DNA from: Methyloprofundus sp.
GTDB lineage: Bacteria > Pseudomonadota > Gammaproteobacteria > Methylococcales > Methylomonadaceae
Assembly: GCF_965251085.1 (NCBI RefSeq)
Contig: NZ_OZ252594.1
Span: 1,545,859-1,609,858, forward strand
DNA: 64,000 nucleotides
Direction of reading: 5' to 3'
Part shown: piece after piece, positions 10,223 to 20,772 of the stretch
How positions within the stretch are numbered: the stretch's first letter is position 1
Layout of the letters: each line of letters opens with the position of its first letter
Position numbers and translations under genes: made by a program
Notes under the pieces: model-generated
Told to the model about the DNA's origin: nothing
What the model saw: only the letters and a program-made list of their open reading frames with translations
The model's database searches: none

Positions 10223-10675
10223 TTATTTAACACAGGTAATTTTCAACGACCTAACTTTATGGTAAAAATCAAACTCTCCAAAACCATGTATTTTAGAGTC
10301 TGGATGAAAGATCAGTTCTGAATCCTCTAGGATATCTTGTCGCGTAATACCAAGAGATTTCATTAAGACTGGGTGGTTTGCCATTTCAGCCAGTGTCAAT
10401 TTAAAATTCTGATTTTCAAATACTGTCAGTGTAGCTTTAGGGCTAACAACAATACTTTCGATTTTTTTATCCCAATTTGTTCCTTGAACATCAAATAAAT
10501 TGACTAATTGAATAGGCCCTTTTAACCTAATTGACTTGCCTTTATATTGAGTATCATCATATATATCAACCCAGCAATCGTTTTTTTTTGCATAAACGTT
10601 TGTACTTAGGCTGAATATTACAATGAGTAGCATGAGTACTTTACTATTTTTTGGTACTAAATTAATATGTTTCAT
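10223..10675 (-). CDS. Secreted beta/gamma-crystallin-like protein
   Basis: Signal peptide (VYA|KK); motifs IYDDTQYKG and VFENQNFK; WDKKIESIVV resembles the crystallin WND..SS.v pattern. Confidence 0.65.
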   Translation of the reverse strand: MKHINLVPKNSKVLMLLIVIFSLSTNVYAKKNDCWVDIYDDTQYKGKSIRLKGPIQLVNLFDVQGTNWDKKIESIVVSPKATLTVFENQNFKLTLAEMANHPVLMKSLGITRQDILEDSELIFHPDSKIHGFGEFDFYHKVRSLKITCVK

Positions 10676-10734
10676 CTCTCTTCCCCTTAGTTAAAGTTCA
10701 GTGAGTTATAAATTTAATTAGAGTTTCATAGAAT

Positions 10735-10908
10735 TACCTGATTACGTACAACTCTCAGCTACAGTAGAATAAACCTAGAAAATCAGTATGTTAAAAACCT
10801 CGTCATTCCCGAAGTCTTTTATCGGGAATCTGCACTAAACCCATGAGATTCCTGCTAAAAGCTTGCAGGAATGACGCAGAATAGCTGAAAGTTATGGGTA
10901 ATCAGGTA
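10735..10908. repeat. Nested palindrome with an inner ATTCCC-N-GGGAAT hairpin pair (10801..10876)
   Basis: Outer arms tacctgattac / gtaatcaggta; inner cgtcattcccg...cgggaatc and gattcctg...caggaatgacg. Confidence 0.7.
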
Positions 10909-11209
10909 GAATTACGGGAAATGCAGCTATGAATTAACACAAACCCACCAGTTTCTTTATCTCACTATTATAAGGTTTTAGCAAAGGTTTATTTTTCCAG
11001 TGTAGAAAATCTTATTACATAAAGTTTGATAAATAACATATGCAGCTGATTCAATATAGGAAAAGTAAGGATGGAAACTTACGAATAAAATACGCTTATT
11101 GTTTACTTAGTCTGTTCTTAGGAGCTTAAACACACTTCTGATGCCTGGTTAATTTTTGTTAATTAAATGACATAAAACATGAGATACTTATGTTACTTTT
11201 CTTCACTAA

Positions 11210-11368
11210 GGAGCGAGAATTCAATAATACCCGAGTCTGACTTGTTTGTTGACTCCACAGTCGCACTAGAAAAACAGTTGCGTAGCCTGCTATGCGCCTG
11301 TTTTCCTAGCACGCCTGTGATGCCAAAATCCTGCGTCATACTTGCGGATATTATTAAATCCTCGCTCC
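11210..11368. mobile_element. MITE family B copy (no hairpin module)
   Basis: TIR ggagcgag / ctcgctcc flanked by TAA; core gcgtagcctgctatgcgcc. Confidence 0.75.
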
Positions 11369-11395
11369 TAAGCAGATTCATTTTTTATTTATTCC

Positions 11396-11843
11396 ATGTT
11401 TAAAAAACTCTATGATCAGGCCATTCAATGGTCTAAGCACCGCCATGCCACTAAATATTTAGCGTGCCTAAGCTTTGCTGAATCTTCTTTTTTCCCTGTG
11501 CCACCCGATGTTATGCTTGCTCCAATGGTGCTGGCACAACAGTCTAAAGCTTTACGTCTGGCAATGATTACCACCTTTCTGGGCTATATTTGTCGCTGGT
11601 TTTTCCCCTATACCTTATAAAGTGTTTACCATTGCAGCAGGTGCTTTGTCGATGATGTTTTTGCCTTTCGTACTCGCTTCCTTTGTCGGGCGTGGAGCGC
11701 GTTTCTTTTTGGTGGCAGGCTTGCTGGCCTGGGGCGGAGAGCGCTTTGAAAGCAAACTGCGTCAATATATGGATATTATTGGCTGGGCAGTGGTTGCTTT
11801 AATCGTCATAGGAGTGGCAGTTTACAAATTTATGAATCCATAA
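11396..11843 (+). pseudogene. yqaA: YqaA/DedA-family membrane protein with internal deletion and frameshift
   Basis: N-part LSFAESSFFPVPPD; the frame-shifted part reads VAGFSPIPYKVFTIAAG; central region missing. Confidence 0.8.
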
Positions 11844-11874
11844 AAGTGTATGTGATTATTCGGGCGTACAATAA

Positions 11875-14800
11875 TTAATAATGCCGTCTTTCCTGAACTT
11901 GCAATGCGAGGCTATATATCACTGGAAACACCAGTAGACTTACTATCAATACCGTTACCATACCGCCTAAAACCGGGGCAGCGATACGCTGAGTAACATC
12001 TGCACCGGTGCCTGTCGCCCACATAATAGGAATCAAGCCTAGCATGGTGGTAAAGGCGGTAATGGCAACAGGGCGGACACGTAGAGCCGTGGCGTATTCG
12101 ACGGATTGTTGAATTTCCTCTGCGCTGAGTGGCGCTTGTTTCTGTTGCCTGAGTCGGGCAATTTCGATATCAATAAAGTTTAGCACCATAACGCCCGTTT
12201 CAGCAGCAGTGCCGGCCAGGGCTATAAAACCAACATAAACTGCCACCGATAAATTAAAGTCATACCAGAAAATCGTCCAGATGCCTCCAATAAGACCGAA
12301 AGGAATGGTTAGCATTACGATAGTCGGTTCAATAAGGTTGCGAAAGGTGAAGTATAACAATACAAAGATTAGTAGCAACGTTAGCGGGACCACAGTCCGC
12401 AGACGCTCAGTAGCACGTTGCATATATTCAAACTGCCCTGACCAGTTGAGCGTATATCCATCGGGAATTTCTACTTGTTCAGCCAGAGTCTTTTTGGCCT
12501 GGCTGACAAACCCCCCTATATCGGAAGTTTTAATATCCACATAAATCCAGGCGTTAGGACGCGAATTTTCGCTTTTAATAACCGGAGGGCCACGCCTTAA
12601 TTCTAGTTCTGCCACTAAGGTGAGTGGTATTTGTACTCCCGTTGGTGTGGGTATCAAAACCCGTTTCAAGCTTTCTAGATTATCTCGTAGTTCGCGTGGA
12701 TAACGCAGGTTGACCGGGTAGCGTTCTAAGCCTTCTATAGTTTCAGTAACATTTATCCCGCCGATAGCAATTTGAATTACATCTTGTACAGCGCCAACCG
12801 TTAACCCATAACGAGCGGCTTCCTCCCGGTTAATATCAAAGTCCAGATAATAACCTCCAACTGCACGGTCTCCAAAGGCTGAAAGTGTTTCTGGCAGGGT
12901 TTTCATTACTTGTTCTATTACTATCGATAAATGCTGTAATACGTTTAAGTCCGGCCCAGATACTTTAATGCCTACAGGCGTTTTAATACCGGTAGAGAGC
13001 ATGTCGATACGGGCTTTAATGGGCATAGTCCAGGCGTTGGCCACGCCTGGAAAGTTAATAGCTTTGTCCATTTCAGTCATTAATTGTTGAGTACTTTTTT
13101 CTGGATCAGGCCATTGATTTTTAGTTTAAGGCGTATGGTGGTTTCAGCCATCGAAAGAGGAGCGGGGTCGGTTGCTGTATCGGCACGACCGACTTTACCA
13201 AAAACAGATTGAACTTCAGCAAAGGTCTTCAAGATCTTGTCAGTCTGCTGTAACAGTTCCTTAGCTTTTGTTATAGAAATTCCCGGAAAGGTGCTAGGCA
13301 TATAAAGTATATCTCCTTCATCTAATGGAGGCATAAATTCGCTACCGATTTTACTTAATGGGTAGGCCGTTGAGGCCAATAATATGATTGCTATGATTAA
13401 GGTCGCCGGACGCCAGCGCATAGCTATTTTTAGCAAAGGGGTGTGAATTAAATGCAGTAAACGATTAGCCGGATTTTTTGTTTTCGGGAATCAGCCTGCC
13501 ACGAATAAAATACCCCATTAATACGGGTACGAGGGTAATTGTTAATATTGCAGCGGCAGCCATCGCGTAGGATTTTGTATAGGCAAGCGGGCCAAACAAC
13601 CGGCCTTCCTGAGCCTGCATTGCAAAAATGGGTATAAATGAGACAGTAATTATCAGCAAGGAAAAGAACAGCGCGGGCCCTACTTCTTTAGATGCGTTAG
13701 TGATAGCTTGCCAGCGTTCTTTCTGTGTCAAATCAGTTTGTTTCTGTGCGCGTGCTTCGGTTAAGTGTTTATGTGCATTTTCCACCATAACAATAGCACC
13801 ATCAACCATATCGCCTATGGCAATTGCAATGCCACCCAGAGACATAATATTAGCATTTATCCCCTGCAGTTTCATAACGATAAAGGCCATCAGTACAGCC
13901 AATGGCAGGGTAATAACGATAACCAGTGATGAGCGTAGGTGCAGTAGAAATAAACCTACCATAAGGCAAACAATGATCAATTCCTGGCTTAGGCTTTAGT
14001 TAAAGTTTGCACAGCACGTTGAATCAAATCACTGCGATCATAAACGGGAATTATTTCTACGCCATTAGGAAGGCCTGCACTCAGTTCATGCAATTTTTTT
14101 TTAACCCCAGCTATGGTCGCTTTGGCGTTTTCACCAAAGCGCATAATAACCACGCCCCCGACAGCTTCCCCTTCGCCATTTAATTCCACTAAGCCCCTGC
14201 GTAATTCAGGACCAATTTGTACATGTGCCACGTCTTGCAATCGAATCGGGGTGCCATTGCTATCTACCCCCAGTGGAATGCTATTAATATCAGCTATGCC
14301 TTTTATATATCCAAGGCCACGTACCATATATTCTGTTTCTGCCATTTCGACCAGGCGTCCACCGACATCATTATTAGATCGTTGAATAGCTGTTTTAACT
14401 TTAGCTAAAGGAATGCCATAAGCGAGTAGTGCATTAGGGTCCACTTCAACCTGATACTGTTTTACAAAACCGCCAACCGAGGCAACTTCTGCAACGCCGG
14501 GCACTGTTTGCAGAGGGTAACGCAGGTACCAATCTTGTATAGAACGTAATTGTGCCAGGTCATGTTGGCCGGTTTTATCAATCAGCGCATATTCAAAAAA
14601 CCCAACCGACGCCGGTAGCATCTGGCCCCAGGGATGGATTAACTCCCTGGGGTAAACGGTTACTGGCATAATTCAAGTACTCTAGTACCCGTGAACGTGC
14701 CCAGTACATATCGGTACCATCAGCAAATATAATATAGACAAATGACAAGCCAAAAAACGAATAACCTCGTACCACCTTGGCTTTAGGCACGGCTAACATT

Positions 14801-15015
14801 GCAGTTGTTAATGGATAAGTGATCTGGTCTTCAACGACTTGCGGAGCTTGCCCCGGGTATTTGGTAAATACGATGACTTGTACATCTGATAAGTCAGGTA
14901 TGGCATCCAATGGCATGTTTTGAAACGACCATAATCCGGCTACTGCCAGAACCATGGCGGCTAATAGGACAATAAAGCGATCTTTGATAGCACTGTCAAT
15001 TAAAGCCTTAATCAT
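11875..15015 (-). pseudogene. cusA: CusA/CzcA heavy-metal RND efflux pump, four frameshifts
   Basis: Five consecutive fragments ([32 protein letters not shown]) span 3141 bp; single-base indels near 14596, 13991, 13476 and 13125. Confidence 0.9.
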
Positions 15016-16372
15016 GTTGATGGCCGGTGTGCAAATTGTTTACAGGCGTGTTTTGTCCTACTTCCTCCGGTGGAGGTAGGGGCTTAGTTGGTTCGAGCAT
15101 TTTTGCTGTTGCTTCGCGTAATTTTGATTCTGAATCCAGTAGGAACTGTGCAGAAATAACGACTTCATCACCTGTTTGAATACCCTTTAAAATTTGTACT
15201 TTTCCATTGGATGCCAGCCCTAGCGTTACCAGTCGTGGTTCGAATTTGCCAGGCGCGCGGACTACAAAAACCTGGTTGCGTACACCCGAACGAATGACTG
15301 CTTCAGCTGGAATTACGATGATATTTGATTGTATGCCTGCCTGAATTGTTACTTCGGCAAACATCTCTGGCTTTAGTAGTAAATCAGGGTTATCAAAAAC
15401 CAGGCGTACTTTTATAGTACGTGTTTTGGCTTCGGCATAAGGGTATATATAGGCAAGATGGCCCGTGAAAGTTTTGCCGGGGATACCCGCCAGTTGCATT
15501 TCTACTGGATCGCCTTGTTTTACCCAGGGTAATTCGTATTCATAGATATCAACTAGAACCCAGACCTTGCTTAAGTCGGCTATCATGTAGATTTCGGTGG
15601 CGGGGGTGATAAATTGACCTTCTCGTGCGCCTATTTTCATCACAATACCGCTACTAGGTGCATGAATATGTAGGCTTTTTTTTATTTTTTGAGTGTGTTC
15701 TAATTCAAGGATTTGGTGTTGAGGGACATCCAGTAATTTTAAACGTTCACGTGAACTTTGTACCAGATCTTCGGCTCCCTTGCGAATATCCTCTATTGGG
15801 CTATTTTCTAGAGCTTTCAAATTATTGATTGCAAGAATATACTCCTGCTGGCTAGCAACTAACTGCGGTGAGTATATACTCAATAGATCAGTATTTTTTT
15901 TCACCCATTGGCCGGTCTTATCCACATTTTGGTGTTCTATCCAGCCTTCGGTTTTAGGGTGTAAATGTACCATGCGCTCTTCATTATAGGTGACTCGACC
16001 TACTGCTCGCACCGTATGTGAAAGTGAGGTTTTTTGTGCAATTGCGGTACGTACACCAATATTTTGCACCGTGACGCCATCAATTGCTAGCGTATTTGTA
16101 GCAACATTTTCATCCTTTGCATATACTGGAATGTAGGCCATTCCCATAGCATCTTGAGTCGGTGTAGGGGAAGTGACTTCCGGATTCATGGGGTTGCGGT
16201 AATAAAGTATTGTAGGGGACTGATTTTTTGTAGTGACTAGTTTATCGAATGGTTCTTCATTATTTTTAATATTGGCCAATCCATAGCCAATAACAAAACC
16301 AATAGTTAGCATCAATGGAGCAATAAAGAGTGCAGGTTTATTCATAAATTTCCTCATTGCCGACAACTGCAA
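15008..16372 (-). CDS. cusB: CusB-type RND periplasmic adaptor
   Basis: [19 protein letters not shown] heavy-metal-binding segment, LKPEMFA. Confidence 0.88.
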   Translation of the reverse strand: MQLSAMRKFMNKPALFIAPLMLTIGFVIGYGLANIKNNEEPFDKLVTTKNQSPTILYYRNPMNPEVTSPTPTQDAMGMAYIPVYAKDENVATNTLAIDGVTVQNIGVRTAIAQKTSLSHTVRAVGRVTYNEERMVHLHPKTEGWIEHQNVDKTGQWVKKNTDLLSIYSPQLVASQQEYILAINNLKALENSPIEDIRKGAEDLVQSSRERLKLLDVPQHQILELEHTQKIKKSLHIHAPSSGIVMKIGAREGQFITPATEIYMIADLSKVWVLVDIYEYELPWVKQGDPVEMQLAGIPGKTFTGHLAYIYPYAEAKTRTIKVRLVFDNPDLLLKPEMFAEVTIQAGIQSNIIVIPAEAVIRSGVRNQVFVVRAPGKFEPRLVTLGLASNGKVQILKGIQTGDEVVISAQFLLDSESKLREATAKMLEPTKPLPPPEEVGQNTPVNNLHTGHQHD

Positions 16373-17618
16373 TCAGTTGTGCTAGAGCTTGATTAGCCTG
16401 AGTTAAGGCTTTCCAGTATTGCGTTTCGTAATTGTACAAAGTGATTTGGCTACGCACTAGGTTTAAAAAATCGACCTTGTTTACCTGATAACCTGCCAGC
16501 ATAGACGCGACGGTTTGTCTTGCCTGTGGAATAATGCCGCTGTTAAATAATACGACTTGTTTTTTAGTTTGCTGAAATTCACTATAGGCCGTTGAAATTT
16601 CAGTGCGTACCTGGTTCCACTGATCTCGGAGAATATAGCGTTGCTGCATTAACTCACTACTGCGTTGATCGACAGCATGACGTTGTTTGCTTGCAGCAAA
16701 AATCGGCACGCTCATACTGAGTTTTAGGGTCAATAAATCAGCGCGCTCTTGACCGGAAAGCGTATCGCTACGCCCGCCATAAAATGCACCGACTTTAAAA
16801 TCTGGATAATAATTTTTTTTTGCAAGATCGAGGCGTAATTGTGCTGCATTGATGGTTTTACGTTGTGCGGATAGCATAGCCCGGGAATCTTCCGCCTGTT
16901 GAAACAAAGATGATTGGTTAAGCAAGGCTGGCAAGGCGCCGAAAAATTCATTATCTAATTCAATAGCTTGATCAGCCGACCTATCCAGTAGCGCGTTCAA
17001 TTGTGCGCAACTTATATCTCTGGCACCCTTTAATCTGATATCAGTATCAAGTAGCTTAGATAATTCTAACTGAGCCAATAATACATCCTGTTGCAAACCT
17101 TCGCCGACTTCGTATTTAGTGCGGGCTATATTAACGAACTGGCGTAAAAGTTCCTGATTGGCCAGAATAATCTCCAGCGATCGATCTATGTAAAACAGCG
17201 TCCACCAGAGTTTTTTTACATCTCGCAGTAAATGCCAGCGTACTTCTGTAACATCTAGCACGGCCGCTTCAGCTTGGTAGACAGCAGTTTGTTCTCGCAA
17301 AGCAAGTTTGCCCGGAAAAGGAATGTCCTGAGAGATGCCGCCTTGTAACTGCGTCATATTATCCTGTGCGAGATCGAAGGTATTAACGGGTAGGTTTAAA
17401 GCATTAAAACTGATAACAGGATCTGGCAAGCTGCCTAATTGTGATGGAATAGCTGCCATAGCTTGGGAGCGCATTTGCATTTGAGCCAGATTAGGGTTGT
17501 CTAGCACAGCGATTTTTAGTGCGGTCTGTAATGTTAATAATTCTGTCTGTTCTGCAATGCTAGTGTTAGATAAACTCAGTAACACTATACAATGTGCTAT
17601 TTTAATCGCTAATTTCAT
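16338..17618 (-). CDS. TolC/CusC-family outer-membrane factor
   Basis: Signal peptide, OEP-like helices, GYQVNKVDFLNL; first gene of the cus operon. Confidence 0.85.
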   Translation of the reverse strand: MKLAIKIAHCIVLLSLSNTSIAEQTELLTLQTALKIAVLDNPNLAQMQMRSQAMAAIPSQLGSLPDPVISFNALNLPVNTFDLAQDNMTQLQGGISQDIPFPGKLALREQTAVYQAEAAVLDVTEVRWHLLRDVKKLWWTLFYIDRSLEIILANQELLRQFVNIARTKYEVGEGLQQDVLLAQLELSKLLDTDIRLKGARDISCAQLNALLDRSADQAIELDNEFFGALPALLNQSSLFQQAEDSRAMLSAQRKTINAAQLRLDLAKKNYYPDFKVGAFYGGRSDTLSGQERADLLTLKLSMSVPIFAASKQRHAVDQRSSELMQQRYILRDQWNQVRTEISTAYSEFQQTKKQVVLFNSGIIPQARQTVASMLAGYQVNKVDFLNLVRSQITLYNYETQYWKALTQANQALAQLIAVVGNEEIYE

Positions 17619-17733
17619 AGATCCTCTTATTTGAAATTACTGATTCACTAGGGTAGCCATGAAATACAGTATAAGTCAGGTTTAATATCAATCAGGAATT
17701 AAATCATCCCCTGATTGTACTAAATGACGATCA

Positions 17734-17892
17734 GGGAGTTGGTAATAAATAATCGTCCAAAAATCACCCAGGATTTTTGTTTCTGTTTAAATCTTCTCAA
17801 GAGGAGCATCGTTATTCTACGCGACGATTGAGAAGATTTAAACAGGAAAAAAAAGACCAGAGAGATTGGATGATTATTTGTTTCCACCTCCC
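17734..17892. mobile_element. Divergent MITE family B copy
   Basis: TIR gggagttggtaataaataatcgtcc / ggatgattatttgtttccacctccc; internal perfect 17-bp arms ctgtttaaatcttctca / tgagaagatttaaacag. Confidence 0.65.
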
Positions 17893-17907
17893 TAAGCCCA
17901 GTGCAAT

Positions 17908-18094
17908 TATACTTCGCGCGGTCACGAATGCGGAAATATAGTGAGCTTATTTTTATCGATAGCAAAGCCTGCCCCGTATTTGATGCGGGGCGCTGAAACT
18001 GGCGCATAGCTGGCTACGTAAGGGTTTCAGAAACGTAGCTATTGGCAAAAAACTCAGCCGCTAGAAATCCTCAGCCGTGACCGCGTGAAATATA
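17908..18094. mobile_element. MITE family A copy (reverse orientation)
   Basis: tatacttcgcgcggtcacg...cgtgaccgcgtgaaatata; core and hairpin module present. Confidence 0.8.
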
Positions 18095-18108
18095 AGATAA
18101 AATAAAAA

Positions 18109-18137
18109 TTGCATAATAAGACGACCGGTCGCATAAT
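18109..18137 (+). promoter_or_regulatory. Sigma70-like promoter of tetR with a palindromic operator in the spacer
   Basis: TTGCAT-17 bp-CATAAT; spacer contains aagacgaccggtcg. Confidence 0.65.
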
Positions 18138-18143
18138 AAGCCC

Positions 18144-18743
18144 ATGTTAAAAACATCCGCAAAACAAATTAAACGTGACAGGTTGCTGGATCAAGGTGTG
18201 CAAATGCTTATGGATCAAGGCTATCATGGCACAGGTTTAAAAGAAATTCTGGATATTGTAGGCATACCCAAGGGTTCTTTTTATAATTATTTTGCCAGTA
18301 AAGAAGTGTTTGCTGCTGAAGCTATTAGCCATTACATTGAACCTTTTTTAATACGCTTAGAGGGGCATTTGCAAAACCCGGAGCTGGATGGATTGACAGC
18401 ATTAAAGCGATATTATGCAGAATTAATTTGCGAGGTGGAACGTATAGGCTACAAGGGAGGGTGTCTGATGGGAAATTTAATGGGTGAAGTAGGAGACACC
18501 AGTGAAATTTGTAGGCGTTCTTTAAAGTCAGCTATTGAGCGTTATAGAAATCTACAAAAAACCGCTTTATTACGCGCGCAAAATGAAGGTACTGTTACTA
18601 AAAATCTTGATGCAGACATTATGTCTAATTTATTAGTTGATCATTGGCAAGGTGCTTTATTAAGAATGAAAATTGAACAATCAGTACACCCTTTGCAGCA
18701 GTTTGTAGAGACATTTTTGGAGGATTATTTTTTAAAAAAATAA
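18144..18743 (+). CDS. TetR-family regulator (NemR-like)
   Basis: HTH GIPKGSFYNYFASKE; C-terminal GCLMGNL with conserved Cys. Confidence 0.88.
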   Translation: MLKTSAKQIKRDRLLDQGVQMLMDQGYHGTGLKEILDIVGIPKGSFYNYFASKEVFAAEAISHYIEPFLIRLEGHLQNPELDGLTALKRYYAELICEVERIGYKGGCLMGNLMGEVGDTSEICRRSLKSAIERYRNLQKTALLRAQNEGTVTKNLDADIMSNLLVDHWQGALLRMKIEQSVHPLQQFVETFLEDYFLKK

Positions 18744-18824
18744 TCAAATTACTATTTATTAATCAGTCCTGCAGGGTGCTGTACTGGATAAACACAATTA
18801 ACCTGTAGTGCACTGTACATTTTC

Positions 18825-18842
18825 AAGACGACTGGTCATCTA
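18825..18842. promoter_or_regulatory. Second TetR operator-like palindrome, abutting the RBS of the DUF4242 gene
   Basis: aagacgactggtcatcta, near-identical to the 18118 site. Confidence 0.65.
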
Positions 18843-18852
18843 GGGGGCTAAT

Positions 18853-19125
18853 ATGCCAAAATATATCATTGAACGAGAAATTCCGGGGGCAGGGCAATTA
18901 ACCGGGAATGAATTACAGCAAATTTCACAGAAATCTAGCTGTGTTTTGCAGGATATGGGGCCACAAATACAGTGGCTAGAAAGCTTTATTACAGCGGAAA
19001 AGGTGTATTGTATCTACATTGCCCCCAATAAAGCAGCTATCCGTACACATGCTGAACGAGGAGGTTTTCCAGCAAATGCTATTGCTGAAATAACAACTAT
19101 CATAGACCCAACGACAGGAGAATAA
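18853..19125 (+). CDS. DUF4242 family small protein (SCO4226-like)
   Basis: MPKYIIEREIPGAG...KVYCIYIAP...HAERGGFPAN family signature. Confidence 0.85.
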   Translation: MPKYIIEREIPGAGQLTGNELQQISQKSSCVLQDMGPQIQWLESFITAEKVYCIYIAPNKAAIRTHAERGGFPANAIAEITTIIDPTTGE

Positions 19126-19189
19126 TCACTACCACTACACCATCATAATAATAAAAGTCATTATTAAAAACTCTGTCATCAGAAAGAAT

Positions 19190-19247
19190 TGTAGGGCGTG
19201 GCTTTAGCCCGCAAGTTGAATAAGGCGGGCTAAAGCCACGCCCTACA
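19190..19247. repeat. GTAG-type REP doublet
   Basis: tgtagggcgtggctttagcccgc...gcgggctaaagccacgccctaca. Confidence 0.8.
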
Positions 19248-19306
19248 ATGGTTCTTTATAGAGTCACTGAATAATTGCACAAAAATTAAATAATTGAGGA
19301 AGAACG

Positions 19307-20680
19307 ATGAATATTTATTCTAGTAAAGCAAAAAATATAGGGTCTAAATGGTTACAGGCCTGTGTATTTACAATAGCTACACTGTTTATTTCTACACCAG
19401 TCTATGCTGATGAAACCTGCCAGTCTCCGTATATGGCTAAAATTGTCGGCCAGGAGGATTTTGTTTATGTCTGGACCTTAGGTATGGACGGCGTAGGGGA
19501 TGAACAGGATAAATTAGTGACGGTGGATGTTAATCCCAAATCAGCCAAGTATGGCAAAGTTATAAATAGCTTGTCGGTGGGTGGCCGCAATGAAGCGCAT
19601 CATTCTGGATTTACGGATGACCGTAAGTATTTATGGGCTGGTGGATTGGATACTAACAAAATATTTATTTTTGATGTCCACACAGATCCGGCTAAACCAA
19701 CCTTACATAAGGTGATTACTGATTTCGTAGCTAAAAGTGGTGGCGTAGTGGGGCCGCATACGACTTATGCTTTACCGGGTAGAATGTTAATTACCGGACT
19801 TTCAAATAATAAAGATCATGGCGGGCGTACTGCTTTGGTAGAGTACAACAATAGTGGAGAATATATTACTACGCATTGGACGCCGACTGATAGCGACTTG
19901 CGTGGCGCGATAAAAACCGGTAAATATGCTGATGGCTATGGTTATGATGTACGCGTACTGCCTAGACGCAATGTAATGATTAGCTCGTCGTTTACGGGCT
20001 GGAACAATTATATGATGGACTTTGGCAAAATGCTGGGCGATCCTGAAGCCATGAAACACTTTGGTAATACCGTTGTGCAATGGGATTTACATGCGCGTCA
20101 GCCCAAAAAAATATTTGATGTGCCAGGAGCTCCTCTGGAAATCCGTTGTGCATGGGACCCAAACCATAATTATTGCTTTACTACAACGGCGTTGACTTCA
20201 AAAATCTGGTTGATCTATGAAGATAAAAAAGGCGAGTGGCAGGCAAAGGAAGTAGCTGATATTGGTGATCCTAGCAAAATCCCACTGCCTGTGGATATCT
20301 CCATTCAAAGCGACGATAACATGCTTTGGGTTAATACTTTTATGGACGGTAAAACACGTGGCTTTGATATATCTGATCCGTTCAACCCCAAACAGATTTT
20401 AGAGCAAAAAATTGGTTCTCAGGTCAATATGGTGTCATCCAGCTGGGACGGCAAGCGCTTGTATTATACTTCTTCATTATTGGCAAATTGGGATAAAAAA
20501 GGCCAGGATAATGAGCAATATCTGAAGCTATATAGTTGGGATGGAAAAAAATTAACAGAGCAATTTACGATTGATTTTATTAAAGAAAAACTAGGTCGTG
20601 CACATCAGATGCGTTTTGGGGCTTATTCGCTTTATGCCGCTAAAACTGATAACAATCTAGTTGCAGAGTTAAATCAGTAA
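19307..20680 (+). CDS. mtoX: Methanethiol oxidase (SBP56 family), periplasmic
   Basis: Signal peptide ending VYA|DETC; EAHHSGFTDD, VGPHT, SSFTGWNNY, LANWDKKG and GRAHQM match bacterial MtoX; SCO/MauG gene downstream. Confidence 0.88.
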   Translation: MNIYSSKAKNIGSKWLQACVFTIATLFISTPVYADETCQSPYMAKIVGQEDFVYVWTLGMDGVGDEQDKLVTVDVNPKSAKYGKVINSLSVGGRNEAHHSGFTDDRKYLWAGGLDTNKIFIFDVHTDPAKPTLHKVITDFVAKSGGVVGPHTTYALPGRMLITGLSNNKDHGGRTALVEYNNSGEYITTHWTPTDSDLRGAIKTGKYADGYGYDVRVLPRRNVMISSSFTGWNNYMMDFGKMLGDPEAMKHFGNTVVQWDLHARQPKKIFDVPGAPLEIRCAWDPNHNYCFTTTALTSKIWLIYEDKKGEWQAKEVADIGDPSKIPLPVDISIQSDDNMLWVNTFMDGKTRGFDISDPFNPKQILEQKIGSQVNMVSSSWDGKRLYYTSSLLANWDKKGQDNEQYLKLYSWDGKKLTEQFTIDFIKEKLGRAHQMRFGAYSLYAAKTDNNLVAELNQ

Positions 20681-20772
20681 TCAATATATTATGAAGACCT
20701 GCAACCTTTAGTCATATTTAAACATCTCTGTTATTTTTGTTTTTGCAAGACAGAGAAATTTCTTATAACAAG

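Noticed and set aside
11875-15015. cusA frameshifts as programmed recoding or phase variation
   Set aside because: Four independent events would be required, and the runs are only 2-6 nt long
19307-20680. Selenoprotein interpretation of the SBP56-family gene
   Set aside because: No in-frame TGA; the family name is historical and the motifs fit methanethiol oxidase
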